In this document: piece by piece, positions 1-6,862 of the stretch
How the letters are laid out: every line of letters starts with the position of its first letter
Numbering within the stretch: position 1 is the first letter of the stretch
Made by a program: the position numbers and the translations under genes
From: a virus
Lineage: Duplodnaviria > Caudoviricetes
IMG/VR virus record: IMGVR_UViG_3300024046_000015
Location: 1 to 38,469 of that record
DNA: 38,469 nt
Reading direction: 5' to 3' (one strand)
The notes under the pieces: generated by a model
What the model was told of the DNA's origin: nothing
Database searches by the model: none
Seen by the model: only the letters and a program-made list of their open reading frames with translations

Positions 1-990
1 CTAGAAATCGAGCGCCGAGGCCGCCTTGCGCAGGTATTCGGGACTGAATCTCGCATAGACGCGATAGGTAATGCGTGGGTCGCTGTGGCCCAGAAACTGC
101 GCTATCTCGTCCATCGATACGCCAGCCTCGGCCATCCAGACGGCAGCGCTGTGTCGCAGATCGTGCGGCGTGATGTCGCCCAGCCCGGCGCGCGCCACAG
201 CGGCCGCGAAGCCCTTCTTGATGTTGAGGACTGGCCCGCCGGCATACTCGACGACATAGGGAGACAGGGCCGCATCCTTGGCAATCAGAAGCTCGGAGCG
301 CAGCCGGTCGGTCATCGGCACCAGTGCGCGGCCCTTGCGGTTCCTTTCGCCCACGACGGCAAGCCGGATTTGATTACGGTCGAAATCGACGCGGTCCCAG
401 GTCAATTGCAGGATGGCCGACTTCCGCCCGGCAGTGGACAGAGCCAGAACCATGAACAGGCGAATGTGGGCCATGCCGCAGGCCTCGAGCAGGCGCTGAA
501 ATTCCGCCTTGGTCAGGTGGCGGTCGCGCGGCGGCGGGGCGCTGGGAGCCTCGATGACAGCCCCCTGGACGCCGCGCCAGTTGAGCGCCTGGCGGATGAT
601 GTTCAACTCCTTGAGGATCGTGGCGTCGCTGGTCGGCCGGCCGCGCAGGGCCACGCCCTGCTGCTGGCGCTGCGCGGTATAGTCGCGGCAGATTTCACGG
701 GTAATCTGGTCTGGGCGGAGATGGCCGAATGTGGCCTTTGCCTGTTTCCAGCCGTTCTCCAGGCGGGCGTGGTCGGCGATCCGGTCTTTTTTCTCGTCCA
801 GATAGGCCTGGACGATCTCTCCGGTTGTGGCGCCGGGAGGCGCTGCCATGGCAACGCGGAGGTCGATCAGACGGCGCTCGGCTTCCTCACGATCGATGGT
901 ACGAAGGGAGCGACGTTGCGTGGCGCCGGCGGCGTCGGACCAGACGGCATAATAGGTGCCGCGATAGAGCTTGGCTCGCATTCCGGACAT
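1..990 (-). CDS. int: Tyrosine recombinase (phage integrase)
   Basis: 329 aa with catalytic residues TAGRKSA (R), KGR (K), HDLRH (HxxR), LGH and YRVYA (Y); AAGGA RBS 6 nt upstream of the ATG; at the prophage edge. Confidence 0.96.
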   Translation of the reverse strand: MSGMRAKLYRGTYYAVWSDAAGATQRRSLRTIDREEAERRLIDLRVAMAAPPGATTGEIVQAYLDEKKDRIADHARLENGWKQAKATFGHLRPDQITREICRDYTAQRQQQGVALRGRPTSDATILKELNIIRQALNWRGVQGAVIEAPSAPPPRDRHLTKAEFQRLLEACGMAHIRLFMVLALSTAGRKSAILQLTWDRVDFDRNQIRLAVVGERNRKGRALVPMTDRLRSELLIAKDAALSPYVVEYAGGPVLNIKKGFAAAVARAGLGDITPHDLRHSAAVWMAEAGVSMDEIAQFLGHSDPRITYRVYARFSPEYLRKAASALDF

Positions 991-1145
991 TCGAAATCCT
1001 TCACGATGGCAGCGGGGATGCGGATCAGCCGGCCAACCCGAAAGGCTCGCAGGCGCCCGCTTCCTACCAAATCACGAATGTGCTGCGAAGAGCAGCCCCA
1101 ACGATCAGCGAGGGTTTCAGGCGTGAAGGGCCGTTCGCTTTCCAT
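867..1145 (-). CDS. xis: Excisionase / helix-turn-helix DNA-binding protein
   Basis: MESERPFTPETLADRWGCSSQHIRDLVGSGRLRAFRVGRLIRIP matches the MerR-like/HTH_17 excisionase pattern; ATG at 1143-1145 overlaps the upstream stop (TGATG); 92 aa, shorter than the track ORF. Confidence 0.85.
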   Translation of the reverse strand: MESERPFTPETLADRWGCSSQHIRDLVGSGRLRAFRVGRLIRIPAAIVKDFECPECEPSSIAAPIMPSGPTPPAPRNVAPFVPSIVRKPSAV

Positions 1146-1222
1146 CAGCGAGCCCCCCTCACCAGAATGCCGACCAGGGCGCCGGCGAGGCAGGCGAAGC
1201 CGAAAAACAGGGACGGGTCCAT
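1145..1222 (-). CDS. Small single-TM membrane peptide (25 aa)
   Basis: MDPSLFFGFACLAGALVGILVRGAR; TGATG overlaps with both neighbours. Confidence 0.65.
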   Translation of the reverse strand: MDPSLFFGFACLAGALVGILVRGAR

Positions 1223-1791
1223 CACGCCACCTTGCCGTAGGGCCGCAGCGCGCCTTCGAGGGCGAGGCGGAACGCTTCCTCGACCTTGGGGACGGGCTGG
1301 AACTTGATGCGTGTCCGCAGGGGCGGGGCCTTCGGGGCCCAATCGCGGTTGCGGCCTCGCACGATATCGCGAAACTCGGTGGCCAGCGCGATCTGGTCGG
1401 CCTCGTGCACATCGGCGGCAATTTCCTTGCCGGGCGGGGTAAGGCCAAAGGCCGGAAAGATCGCGGCGAACAGGATCTGCATTTCCAGCCCGACGATGCC
1501 GGCACCGGCGTCCTCGAGCCAGAGTTTGAGGGGCGTGGGCAGGTCGCCGATATAAGCTTCGGCCGCATCGTGCAGCAGCGCGTAGACGCGCGCCGCCGGC
1601 AGGCGGCAGGCGCTAGCGGTGACGAGGCTATGCTGGGCCACCGAATAGGACACCGGCTCGATATTGCCGCCCCAGCGATTGGTGCGGGTGAGGCAGTGCA
1701 CGATATCGTCGAGATGGATCATTTCCGGCCGGGGGTCGGAAAAATCGAACATGATGCCGCTCGGCATGGTCTTGCGAAAGGGAGAGGTCAT
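1222..1791 (-). CDS. HD-domain phosphohydrolase (YfbR/YfdR-like 5'-deoxynucleotidase family)
   Basis: Motifs RWGG, YSVAQHS, ALLHDAAEAYIGDLPTPLK, VHEAD; start at MTSPF (1791) coupled by TGATG. Confidence 0.9.
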   Translation of the reverse strand: MTSPFRKTMPSGIMFDFSDPRPEMIHLDDIVHCLTRTNRWGGNIEPVSYSVAQHSLVTASACRLPAARVYALLHDAAEAYIGDLPTPLKLWLEDAGAGIVGLEMQILFAAIFPAFGLTPPGKEIAADVHEADQIALATEFRDIVRGRNRDWAPKAPPLRTRIKFQPVPKVEEAFRLALEGALRPYGKVA

Positions 1792-1886
1792 CAGCGGATA
1801 CCGCCGCAGATCAGGGCGATGGTGGCCAGCCCCAGGAGGAGCAGGCCGATATCGCTTTCGAGGATGGTGGCGAGGCGCTCGATCAT
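1791..1886 (-). CDS. Small single-TM membrane peptide (31 aa)
   Basis: Read by hand, not in the ORF track: MIERLATILESDIGLLLLGLATIALICGGIR; ATGA overlap upstream and TGATG overlap downstream, exactly filling the gap. Confidence 0.7.
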   Translation of the reverse strand: MIERLATILESDIGLLLLGLATIALICGGIR

Positions 1887-2107
1887 GACCGCAGCTCCGA
1901 GAAGCGCTCGGTGGCCGCCTGCAAAGCCGCTTCCATATAGAGCGAGGCATGGGTTGGGGCGATGCGGTAGAGCCGCACCAGCAAAGTCATGGTGGCCAGC
2001 ATCACGCTTTCGGCCAGAACCATCAGTTCCTCGTGGCTGTGTGTTTGGTTGCCGGCCATCTGCACGAACTCGCGGGCCAGCCGGTTGTGGGTTTCCACGT
2101 TGTCCAT
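1883..2107 (-). CDS. Hypothetical protein (74 aa, helical)
   Basis: MDNVETHNRLAREF...; start overlaps the upstream stop (TGATG at 2105-2109). Confidence 0.7.
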   Translation of the reverse strand: MDNVETHNRLAREFVQMAGNQTHSHEELMVLAESVMLATMTLLVRLYRIAPTHASLYMEAALQAATERFSELRS

Positions 2108-2505
2108 CAGTTGGCCCACCCGGTCTGGCCCTGGCAAAAGGCGAGGGCGGCCTTGGCGCGGGCCTTGTGCAGCAGCAGGTCGATATGGGCGGCGGAAAAG
2201 CCGCGCGCCTGCAGTTCGGCGACCAGCAGCTGGGTCGGCGGCAGCAGGGCGCCGATGATGTCGGCCATGTCGTTCTGCACGGCGGTCAGCGAGCGGTGCG
2301 GCGCGGCGTCGATATCGCGCATGAAGCGCTGATTGGCGGCGGCGCGCGCCTCGGCCTCGTGCGCCTCGAGGAAATCGCGGGTCCAGCCGCGCTCGATGAG
2401 GCGCTGCCTTGTGGCGTCGTTTTCCGATTGCAGTTCGATCAGGTCATCGACCAGGCGGTCGATAGCGCCGGGGCCGTGGCCGGCAAGAGTTGCGGTTGCG
2501 AGCAT
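2107..2505 (-). CDS. Hypothetical protein, first gene of the leftward early operon (132 aa)
   Basis: GGAGG RBS 5 nt upstream of the ATG; directly downstream of the pL-like promoter. Confidence 0.75.
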   Translation of the reverse strand: MLATATLAGHGPGAIDRLVDDLIELQSENDATRQRLIERGWTRDFLEAHEAEARAAANQRFMRDIDAAPHRSLTAVQNDMADIIGALLPPTQLLVAELQARGFSAAHIDLLLHKARAKAALAFCQGQTGWAN

Positions 2506-2509
2506 GATG

Positions 2510-2533
2510 CCCTCCAGCTGTGAAACTGGAGGG
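2510..2533 (-). promoter_or_regulatory. 8-bp inverted repeat sequestering the RBS of the first pL gene
   Basis: Minus strand CCCTCCAG-TTTCACAG-CTGGAGGG, then CATC-ATG. Confidence 0.6.
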
Positions 2534-2563
2534 AAGGTAAGTCGGAATTAAATCCGGTGTCAA
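2534..2563 (-). promoter_or_regulatory. pL-like leftward early promoter
   Basis: Minus strand TTGACA (2563-2558), 17-18 nt spacer containing an operator, then TTACCT/TACCTT. Confidence 0.7.
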
Positions 2564-2585
2564 TCGGGAAGCGGAATTAAATCCG
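2543..2585. promoter_or_regulatory. Left operators (OL1 2543-2556, OL2 2572-2585)
   Basis: Two exact copies of the quasi-palindrome CGGAATTAAATCCG, identical to the copy at 4041-4054. Confidence 0.88.
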
Positions 2586-3200
2586 ATTTGGCACGGGCGG
2601 CAGAGCGGACTGAAGGCGCGCTACCGCCGCATCGAGTTTCGTCTTGCGATCTCCCACCACATGCATGACGCCGCTGGCGTTCGCAACGGTGCCCATGGCG
2701 GTTCTGAACCTGGTGGCCATGCCTGGCGACATCTGGCGGAAGCTATCGAGGTCTGTTTGCAGCGCACCTGCCGTTGTGTCGACCCATGCGGCAGCTTGCT
2801 GGCGCTGGCTGGCCGAGATCTCGCCGCCATTGCAGATGCCAATAAAGTCAACGATGGCGGAGCGCTGAGCTTCGTTGATGCCACCGATCGCGTCGCCAAT
2901 GGATCGCAGGGCACGAACGGGGGCGGCCAGCTCGTCCAGGCGAAGCGTGGTGACGGTTGCGCTTTGCTTGCCGGCCTGGCGGCGCGCCTCGCTGGTGGCC
3001 GTGAGGGATGCGTTGATGCTTTCGAGCAGCTCGACGACATGGCCGAAAGCGATAAAGACGATGCCGCTGATGATGCCGGGCAAGCCGACCTGCGCGGCCA
3101 GCAGGAGCAGCCAGGAGCCGCCCGCGACAAAGCCGGCGATCATGAACAGGATGCCAAGCGCTATTGCTATCGCTCCGATGGAAACCAGTACTTTGACCAT
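2577..3200 (-). CDS. Membrane protein in the immunity region (2 N-terminal TM helices; possible exclusion or defence accessory)
   Basis: 207 aa; hydrophobic N-terminus; strong purine-rich RBS (GGGGGAGAGA); 20 nt downstream of the repressor and co-oriented. Confidence 0.75.
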   Translation of the reverse strand: MVKVLVSIGAIAIALGILFMIAGFVAGGSWLLLLAAQVGLPGIISGIVFIAFGHVVELLESINASLTATSEARRQAGKQSATVTTLRLDELAAPVRALRSIGDAIGGINEAQRSAIVDFIGICNGGEISASQRQQAAAWVDTTAGALQTDLDSFRQMSPGMATRFRTAMGTVANASGVMHVVGDRKTKLDAAVARLQSALPPVPNRI

Positions 3201-3220
3201 TCTCTCCCCCCGATGCTGGT

Positions 3221-3982
3221 CTATCTGCGGCGCCGAAGATTGGCGTATGCTGTAAGCACAACTCCAATAATTCTAACCTCTATTCCATCCGCATCAACAT
3301 CATGGTTGTGCTTGACGACAATCGGCTGATGTTTCTCGTTGGTGGAGACGGGGCGTAGTTCGTAACGATCGCGGAAAAAGTGGATTTGCTTGACCGTCAA
3401 TTCTCGCTCGGCACCGTGATGCTTGGTGCGTTCGACGACCACCAGGTCCTCGGTGACGATATCGCCGTAAGTGTCTATGTAGTCGCTCGCATCCGCGCCG
3501 ACGATCCACATGCCGTCGAAAATTCCGACGTCATTCATCGAATCGCCGAAGGCCCGCCAAGCGTATTGACGGACACGGGAAAATTCCGGCACGGGAAGCA
3601 CATGGGGCGGAACGACTTCATAATCCTGGTTGAAATAGTCGTCAGTCGCCAGGAAGGCGCCGGCCTGCACATTGCCCGCGAACTTTAGCGGCTGGCCGTT
3701 ATGCGGTCTGGGCGAGGGCGAAAGCACGACCTCCCCATCGATCTCTTCCGGGCCTTCGCCGTCGGAAAGCCATGCGACGGATGTTTTGAGTGCCCTGGCC
3801 AATCCCTGCATCGTCGAGAGACGTGGGGAGAACGGCTCGTGCTTCCTGGCCTTGTCATAGATCTTGCGAACAGCGTCTTGCTTGCCGGTGGCAGCAACCG
3901 AAGCGGCGGTCGGGGTGGTTCCTAGCGCCTGGATGCGCCGCTCAATGCGACCAGCGAGGGTGTTCGGATCAAATTCCATCAT
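3221..3982 (-). CDS. cI: CI-like phage repressor with S24 autopeptidase domain
   Basis: N-terminal HTH-like region ending LARALKTSVAWLSDGEG; AG cleavage site (VQAGAF); catalytic Ser (GDSM) and Lys (LTVKQ); divergent from a Cro-like gene. Confidence 0.92.
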   Translation of the reverse strand: MMEFDPNTLAGRIERRIQALGTTPTAASVAATGKQDAVRKIYDKARKHEPFSPRLSTMQGLARALKTSVAWLSDGEGPEEIDGEVVLSPSPRPHNGQPLKFAGNVQAGAFLATDDYFNQDYEVVPPHVLPVPEFSRVRQYAWRAFGDSMNDVGIFDGMWIVGADASDYIDTYGDIVTEDLVVVERTKHHGAERELTVKQIHFFRDRYELRPVSTNEKHQPIVVKHNHDVDADGIEVRIIGVVLTAYANLRRRR

Positions 3983-3987
3983 ACCCA

Positions 3988-4016
3988 ACAATAGCTTGGC
4001 ACCAGAGTGTAGAAAA
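3988..4016 (-). promoter_or_regulatory. pRM-like promoter for the repressor
   Basis: Minus strand TATTGT (3993-3988) is separated from the ATG at 3982 by 5 nt; weak -35 adjacent to the operator at 4018-4031. Confidence 0.5.
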
Positions 4017-4017
4017 T

Positions 4018-4054
4018 CGGAATGAAATCCGTTGACAAGCCGGAATTAAATCCG
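4018..4054. promoter_or_regulatory. Right operators (4018-4031 and 4041-4054)
   Basis: CGGAATGAAATCCG and CGGAATTAAATCCG flanking the TTGACA of pR. Confidence 0.88.
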
Positions 4055-4060
4055 ATTATG
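4032..4060 (+). promoter_or_regulatory. pR-like rightward early promoter
   Basis: TTGACA (4032-4037), 16 nt spacer, GATTAT (4054-4059); operator lies in the spacer. Confidence 0.75.
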
Positions 4061-4091
4061 GCGGGACTGCTACGAACTGGACCGCGTGTTG

Positions 4092-4337
4092 ATGCCTTTC
4101 ACCGATCAACTCATCGTCGTCGCCAATGCCTATGCGGAAGCAACGGGCACATCCCTCAGCACCTTGAGCACCAAGCTCTTCAATGGTGGCGGGCGGCTGG
4201 CCGCCATTGCTTCCGGCGGTGATCTGAATACCCGCAATTTCGAAAATGCCATGCGCTGGTTTTCGGAGAACTGGCCGGATAATTGCCTTTGGCCCGCAGG
4301 CGTTGCGCGGCCGAGAGTGTCGGAGGCCACGCCATGA
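4092..4337 (+). CDS. Cro-like small DNA-binding protein
   Basis: 81 aa, SLSTLSTKLFNGGGRLAAIASGGDLNTRNFENAMRWFSENWP; first gene after pR, divergent from cI. Confidence 0.8.
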   Translation: MPFTDQLIVVANAYAEATGTSLSTLSTKLFNGGGRLAAIASGGDLNTRNFENAMRWFSENWPDNCLWPAGVARPRVSEATP

Positions 4338-4519
4338 CCCGGCGGCGGCTGACGGCGCTGGAAAAGCGCGCTTTGTCTGATGCCATGCGCGACATGCTGC
4401 GCGCCGGGATTTCGTCGCGGGCGCTGTGGCTCGACCGGGTGCCGGTGAGTGCGCCGCGCATGGGCGCGCTGGAACGCATGGGGCGCCCGAGGCCAGCTGC
4501 CGGGGAGCGCCCGGCATGA
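4334..4519 (+). CDS. Hypothetical protein (61 aa, basic)
   Basis: ATGA overlap with the Cro-like gene; GGAGG RBS upstream. Confidence 0.55.
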   Translation: MTRRRLTALEKRALSDAMRDMLRAGISSRALWLDRVPVSAPRMGALERMGRPRPAAGERPA

Positions 4520-4881
4520 GCAGGTCAACCATCATCACCAGACTTTCGCCCGGACGTGAGGGCATCGGCAGCATCTTTCTTCCCCCCGTGTTGCGCGCCG
4601 CTGCCGGTGCCTTCTCGCCCCGGCGCAAGGGTGTGCGCATGGGGGCCTCCCTGAGACTGGCCGGGATGGGGCGGCGTTTTAAGACGCTGCGCCGCGCTAT
4701 CCCGGCGCTCTTTCTGTGCCTGGCGCAGGGCCTCGATGGCCTGCCGCAGGGCGGTGCTGGGGCGATAATCGGGGAAACGGCTGCTCATGGTGGCGCGGGG
4801 TCCTCGCGTGATGCTGCCGGTTGTCGCGCGCAGCGCGGGGCTTGTCACCGCGTAATTGCCGGAGGCGTTACGCATGGCTAA
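4516..4881 (+). CDS. Hypothetical protein (121 aa), uncertain
   Basis: ATGA coupling and GGGGAG RBS, but an antisense ORF (4525-4788 or 4875) competes. Confidence 0.35.
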   Translation: MSRSTIITRLSPGREGIGSIFLPPVLRAAAGAFSPRRKGVRMGASLRLAGMGRRFKTLRRAIPALFLCLAQGLDGLPQGGAGAIIGETAAHGGAGSSRDAAGCRAQRGACHRVIAGGVTHG

Positions 4882-5338
4882 CCGGCGGCATCGGGCGGAC
4901 TATTATCTGGCGCTTAAGAGCGAGTTCCGGCTGGCGCGCGAAAGCGTCGGATCGCAGGAGCGCTTTGCGGGGCTGACGCGCGTCGATCAACAGACGATCA
5001 GCCTTTACGAAAATCGCAACCGGCCGGAATTTCCGGCGCTCGACGTGGTGGCCGACCTGCTCGACATCACCGGCTCGCTGCCGCTGGTGCAGCTGCTCGC
5101 CGATATTGTCGGGGCCGTGGTGGTGCCGCTGCCGCAGGGCGCGGGGCCGGTGGCGATCATCGAAAGTTCGGGGGCGATGGCCCAGGCGCTGGGCCGGGCC
5201 ATGGTGGAGATCGGCCAGGCGCTGGCCGATGGCGCGATCAGCCCGGCCGAGGCCGATGCCATCCTGCCAAAACTGCAATCGATCATCATCAGCGCGCATG
5301 CGCTCTCCGAACAGATCAAACGGGAGGCCGGGCAATGA
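4874..5338 (+). CDS. Phage regulatory protein, CII/CP76-like HTH
   Basis: 154 aa; HTH-like SQERFAGLTRVDQQTISLYEN; C-terminal ALADGAISPAEADAI typical of this family; GGAGG RBS. Confidence 0.7.
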   Translation: MANRRHRADYYLALKSEFRLARESVGSQERFAGLTRVDQQTISLYENRNRPEFPALDVVADLLDITGSLPLVQLLADIVGAVVVPLPQGAGPVAIIESSGAMAQALGRAMVEIGQALADGAISPAEADAILPKLQSIIISAHALSEQIKREAGQ

Positions 5339-5577
5339 GCCAGCGTTCCAATCGCCGGGAGGTTCGCAATCCCCTCCTGGCCCTGCCGGCCATGAAGAAG
5401 CTAATGCTGTGGCCGCCCGAATATCGAGCGGACCTGGTCGATCTGCTCACAGAGCTTGCGGTCGACTGCGATCGGCGTGCGCAGGCCTCGTGGCGCAAAA
5501 GCAAGGCGCCGATGGCGGCATACTGGCAGGCCGTAAAAGTCTACGCCAAACACTTGCGCAGCGCGGTGCGGCCATGA
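5335..5577 (+). CDS. Hypothetical phage protein (80 aa)
   Basis: ATGA overlaps at both ends; GGGAGG RBS. Confidence 0.75.
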   Translation: MSQRSNRREVRNPLLALPAMKKLMLWPPEYRADLVDLLTELAVDCDRRAQASWRKSKAPMAAYWQAVKVYAKHLRSAVRP

Positions 5578-6626
5578 GCCAGCTTGCGGTTTATGAGCAT
5601 GCGCGCGAGGCGCTGGCCGCTGCCGTCAGCTTCGACGAGGTGACCAGGCTGCGCGACGACGCTGAAAAGGCCAGGGCCTATGCGCGGATCGCCAAGGATC
5701 GCAAGCTGCAGGCCGACGCTGCCGAGATCGTGGCGCGGGCCGAACGCAAGCTCGGCATCCTGCTGCGCAAGGTCAAGGACGCCGGCCAGTTGAGCCAGGG
5801 CGGCAGGCCGGCCAACAGCAATCTGACCGAACCGGAAACCGGTGCCGAAGGGGAACCGGTTTTCGACGGTACCGCAATGGGCGGAGTGGCCGACAAGCCC
5901 TTCACCCTCGCTGAAATCGGGGTCGACAAGAAGCTGTCGAGCCGGGCGCAGAAGCTGGCCGCGCTGCCCGAGGATGATTTCGAGAGCGCGGTGCAGGATA
6001 GCCGCGAGAAAATTCTCGCCGCCGACGCGCCGGTGGTCAGCCCGCCGCGGCCGAAATCGGTGAGGGCGGAAAAGCCGGCCCCGGTCGTGGCGCTGCCGCC
6101 GCGCAAATGGCACCAGTTCGGCTTTTCGGTGCTGGCGCTCAGCCTGGCCAGCGACCGGGTGAGCAGCGCGGCGCTGCAAAAGCTGGCCGAATTCTGCGGC
6201 ATCGCCGCGCTGGACGGCGAGACGGTGGATTTTACCCCCGAGGCTATCGAGGCCATGGGCGCGCTGGCGACGGCGGCGCTCAAGGCGCTGGATGGCGACG
6301 AGGATCGGCCGGCGATGGCTGAACCGGGCGCGGCACCCGCAAGGGACGCCGCAGCGGATGGCGCCGAAGCGACGGCGGCGCCATCCGCCCCCCTTTCGAC
6401 GGCCGAGGCGGATGCGATCATCCGCGGCGCCTATGAAGGCAATGTCACGGGCGGCCCGATTGTTGAATTGCTGGCCGCCCAGATCGGGCGCCCCGGCAAG
6501 GCCGGCAAGGCCTATGTGCGCAACCGCGCCCGGGTGATGGGGCTGTCGAGCCGCGACCGGCAGCGCCATGCCGCCTCGGCCTTTGCCACGGCGCAGAACG
6601 CCGCAAGGCGGGAGGCGCAGCCATGA
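5574..6626 (+). CDS. Hypothetical protein (350 aa) with helical N-terminal domain and possible C-terminal HTH
   Basis: Start MSQLAVYEHAREALAAA at an ATGA overlap; AERKLG...TLAEIGVDKKLSSRAQKLA resembles N-termini seen on phage methyltransferase-associated proteins. Confidence 0.75.
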   Translation: MSQLAVYEHAREALAAAVSFDEVTRLRDDAEKARAYARIAKDRKLQADAAEIVARAERKLGILLRKVKDAGQLSQGGRPANSNLTEPETGAEGEPVFDGTAMGGVADKPFTLAEIGVDKKLSSRAQKLAALPEDDFESAVQDSREKILAADAPVVSPPRPKSVRAEKPAPVVALPPRKWHQFGFSVLALSLASDRVSSAALQKLAEFCGIAALDGETVDFTPEAIEAMGALATAALKALDGDEDRPAMAEPGAAPARDAAADGAEATAAPSAPLSTAEADAIIRGAYEGNVTGGPIVELLAAQIGRPGKAGKAYVRNRARVMGLSSRDRQRHAASAFATAQNAARREAQP

Positions 6627-6862
6627 GGCCGGCGCCGCGCATCGAGATCAGCGAGATCGTCGCCCGGGCGATCATCGACCCGTCGGGCGGGCATCTGCTG
6701 GAAGTGGCGGTGCCTTCGGGCGTCGTGGGCATGCGCTTTACGCATGAGCAGGTGCGGCAGCTCAAGAGCGCCATTGCCGATTTCGAGGCCCAGGCCGTCG
6801 TCGCCGATGGCGGGCCGGAGTTTCATCATCGGCGCAGCGTGCCGCTGGGGGTGGGGCGATGA
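6623..6862 (+). CDS. Hypothetical protein (79 aa)
   Basis: ATGA overlaps at both ends; GGGAGG RBS. Confidence 0.7.
   Translation: MRPAPRIEISEIVARAIIDPSGGHLLEVAVPSGVVGMRFTHEQVRQLKSAIADFEAQAVVADGGPEFHHRRSVPLGVGR

Noticed and set aside
1222-1791. HD hydrolase as DatZ of a 2-aminoadenine (Z-genome) pathway
   Set aside because: No purZ, mazZ or phage DNA polymerase in the window.
85-2523. 812-aa plus-strand ORF spanning int and the early leftward operon
   Set aside because: Antisense shadow of well-supported minus-strand genes in high-GC DNA; no recognisable motifs.
3962-3976. GTTC-N7-ATTC resembling an alphaproteobacterial LexA box at the cI start
   Set aside because: Imperfect, single copy, and overlaps a degenerate phage operator that explains the sequence; CI has its own S24 cleavage domain.
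5106-5573. N-terminal extensions given by the ORF track (for example 5106, 7458, 14854, 18194, 18846, 28383, 33043, 37635, 38023)
   Set aside because: They overlap upstream genes; internal ATGs with an RBS or stop-start coupling fit better.
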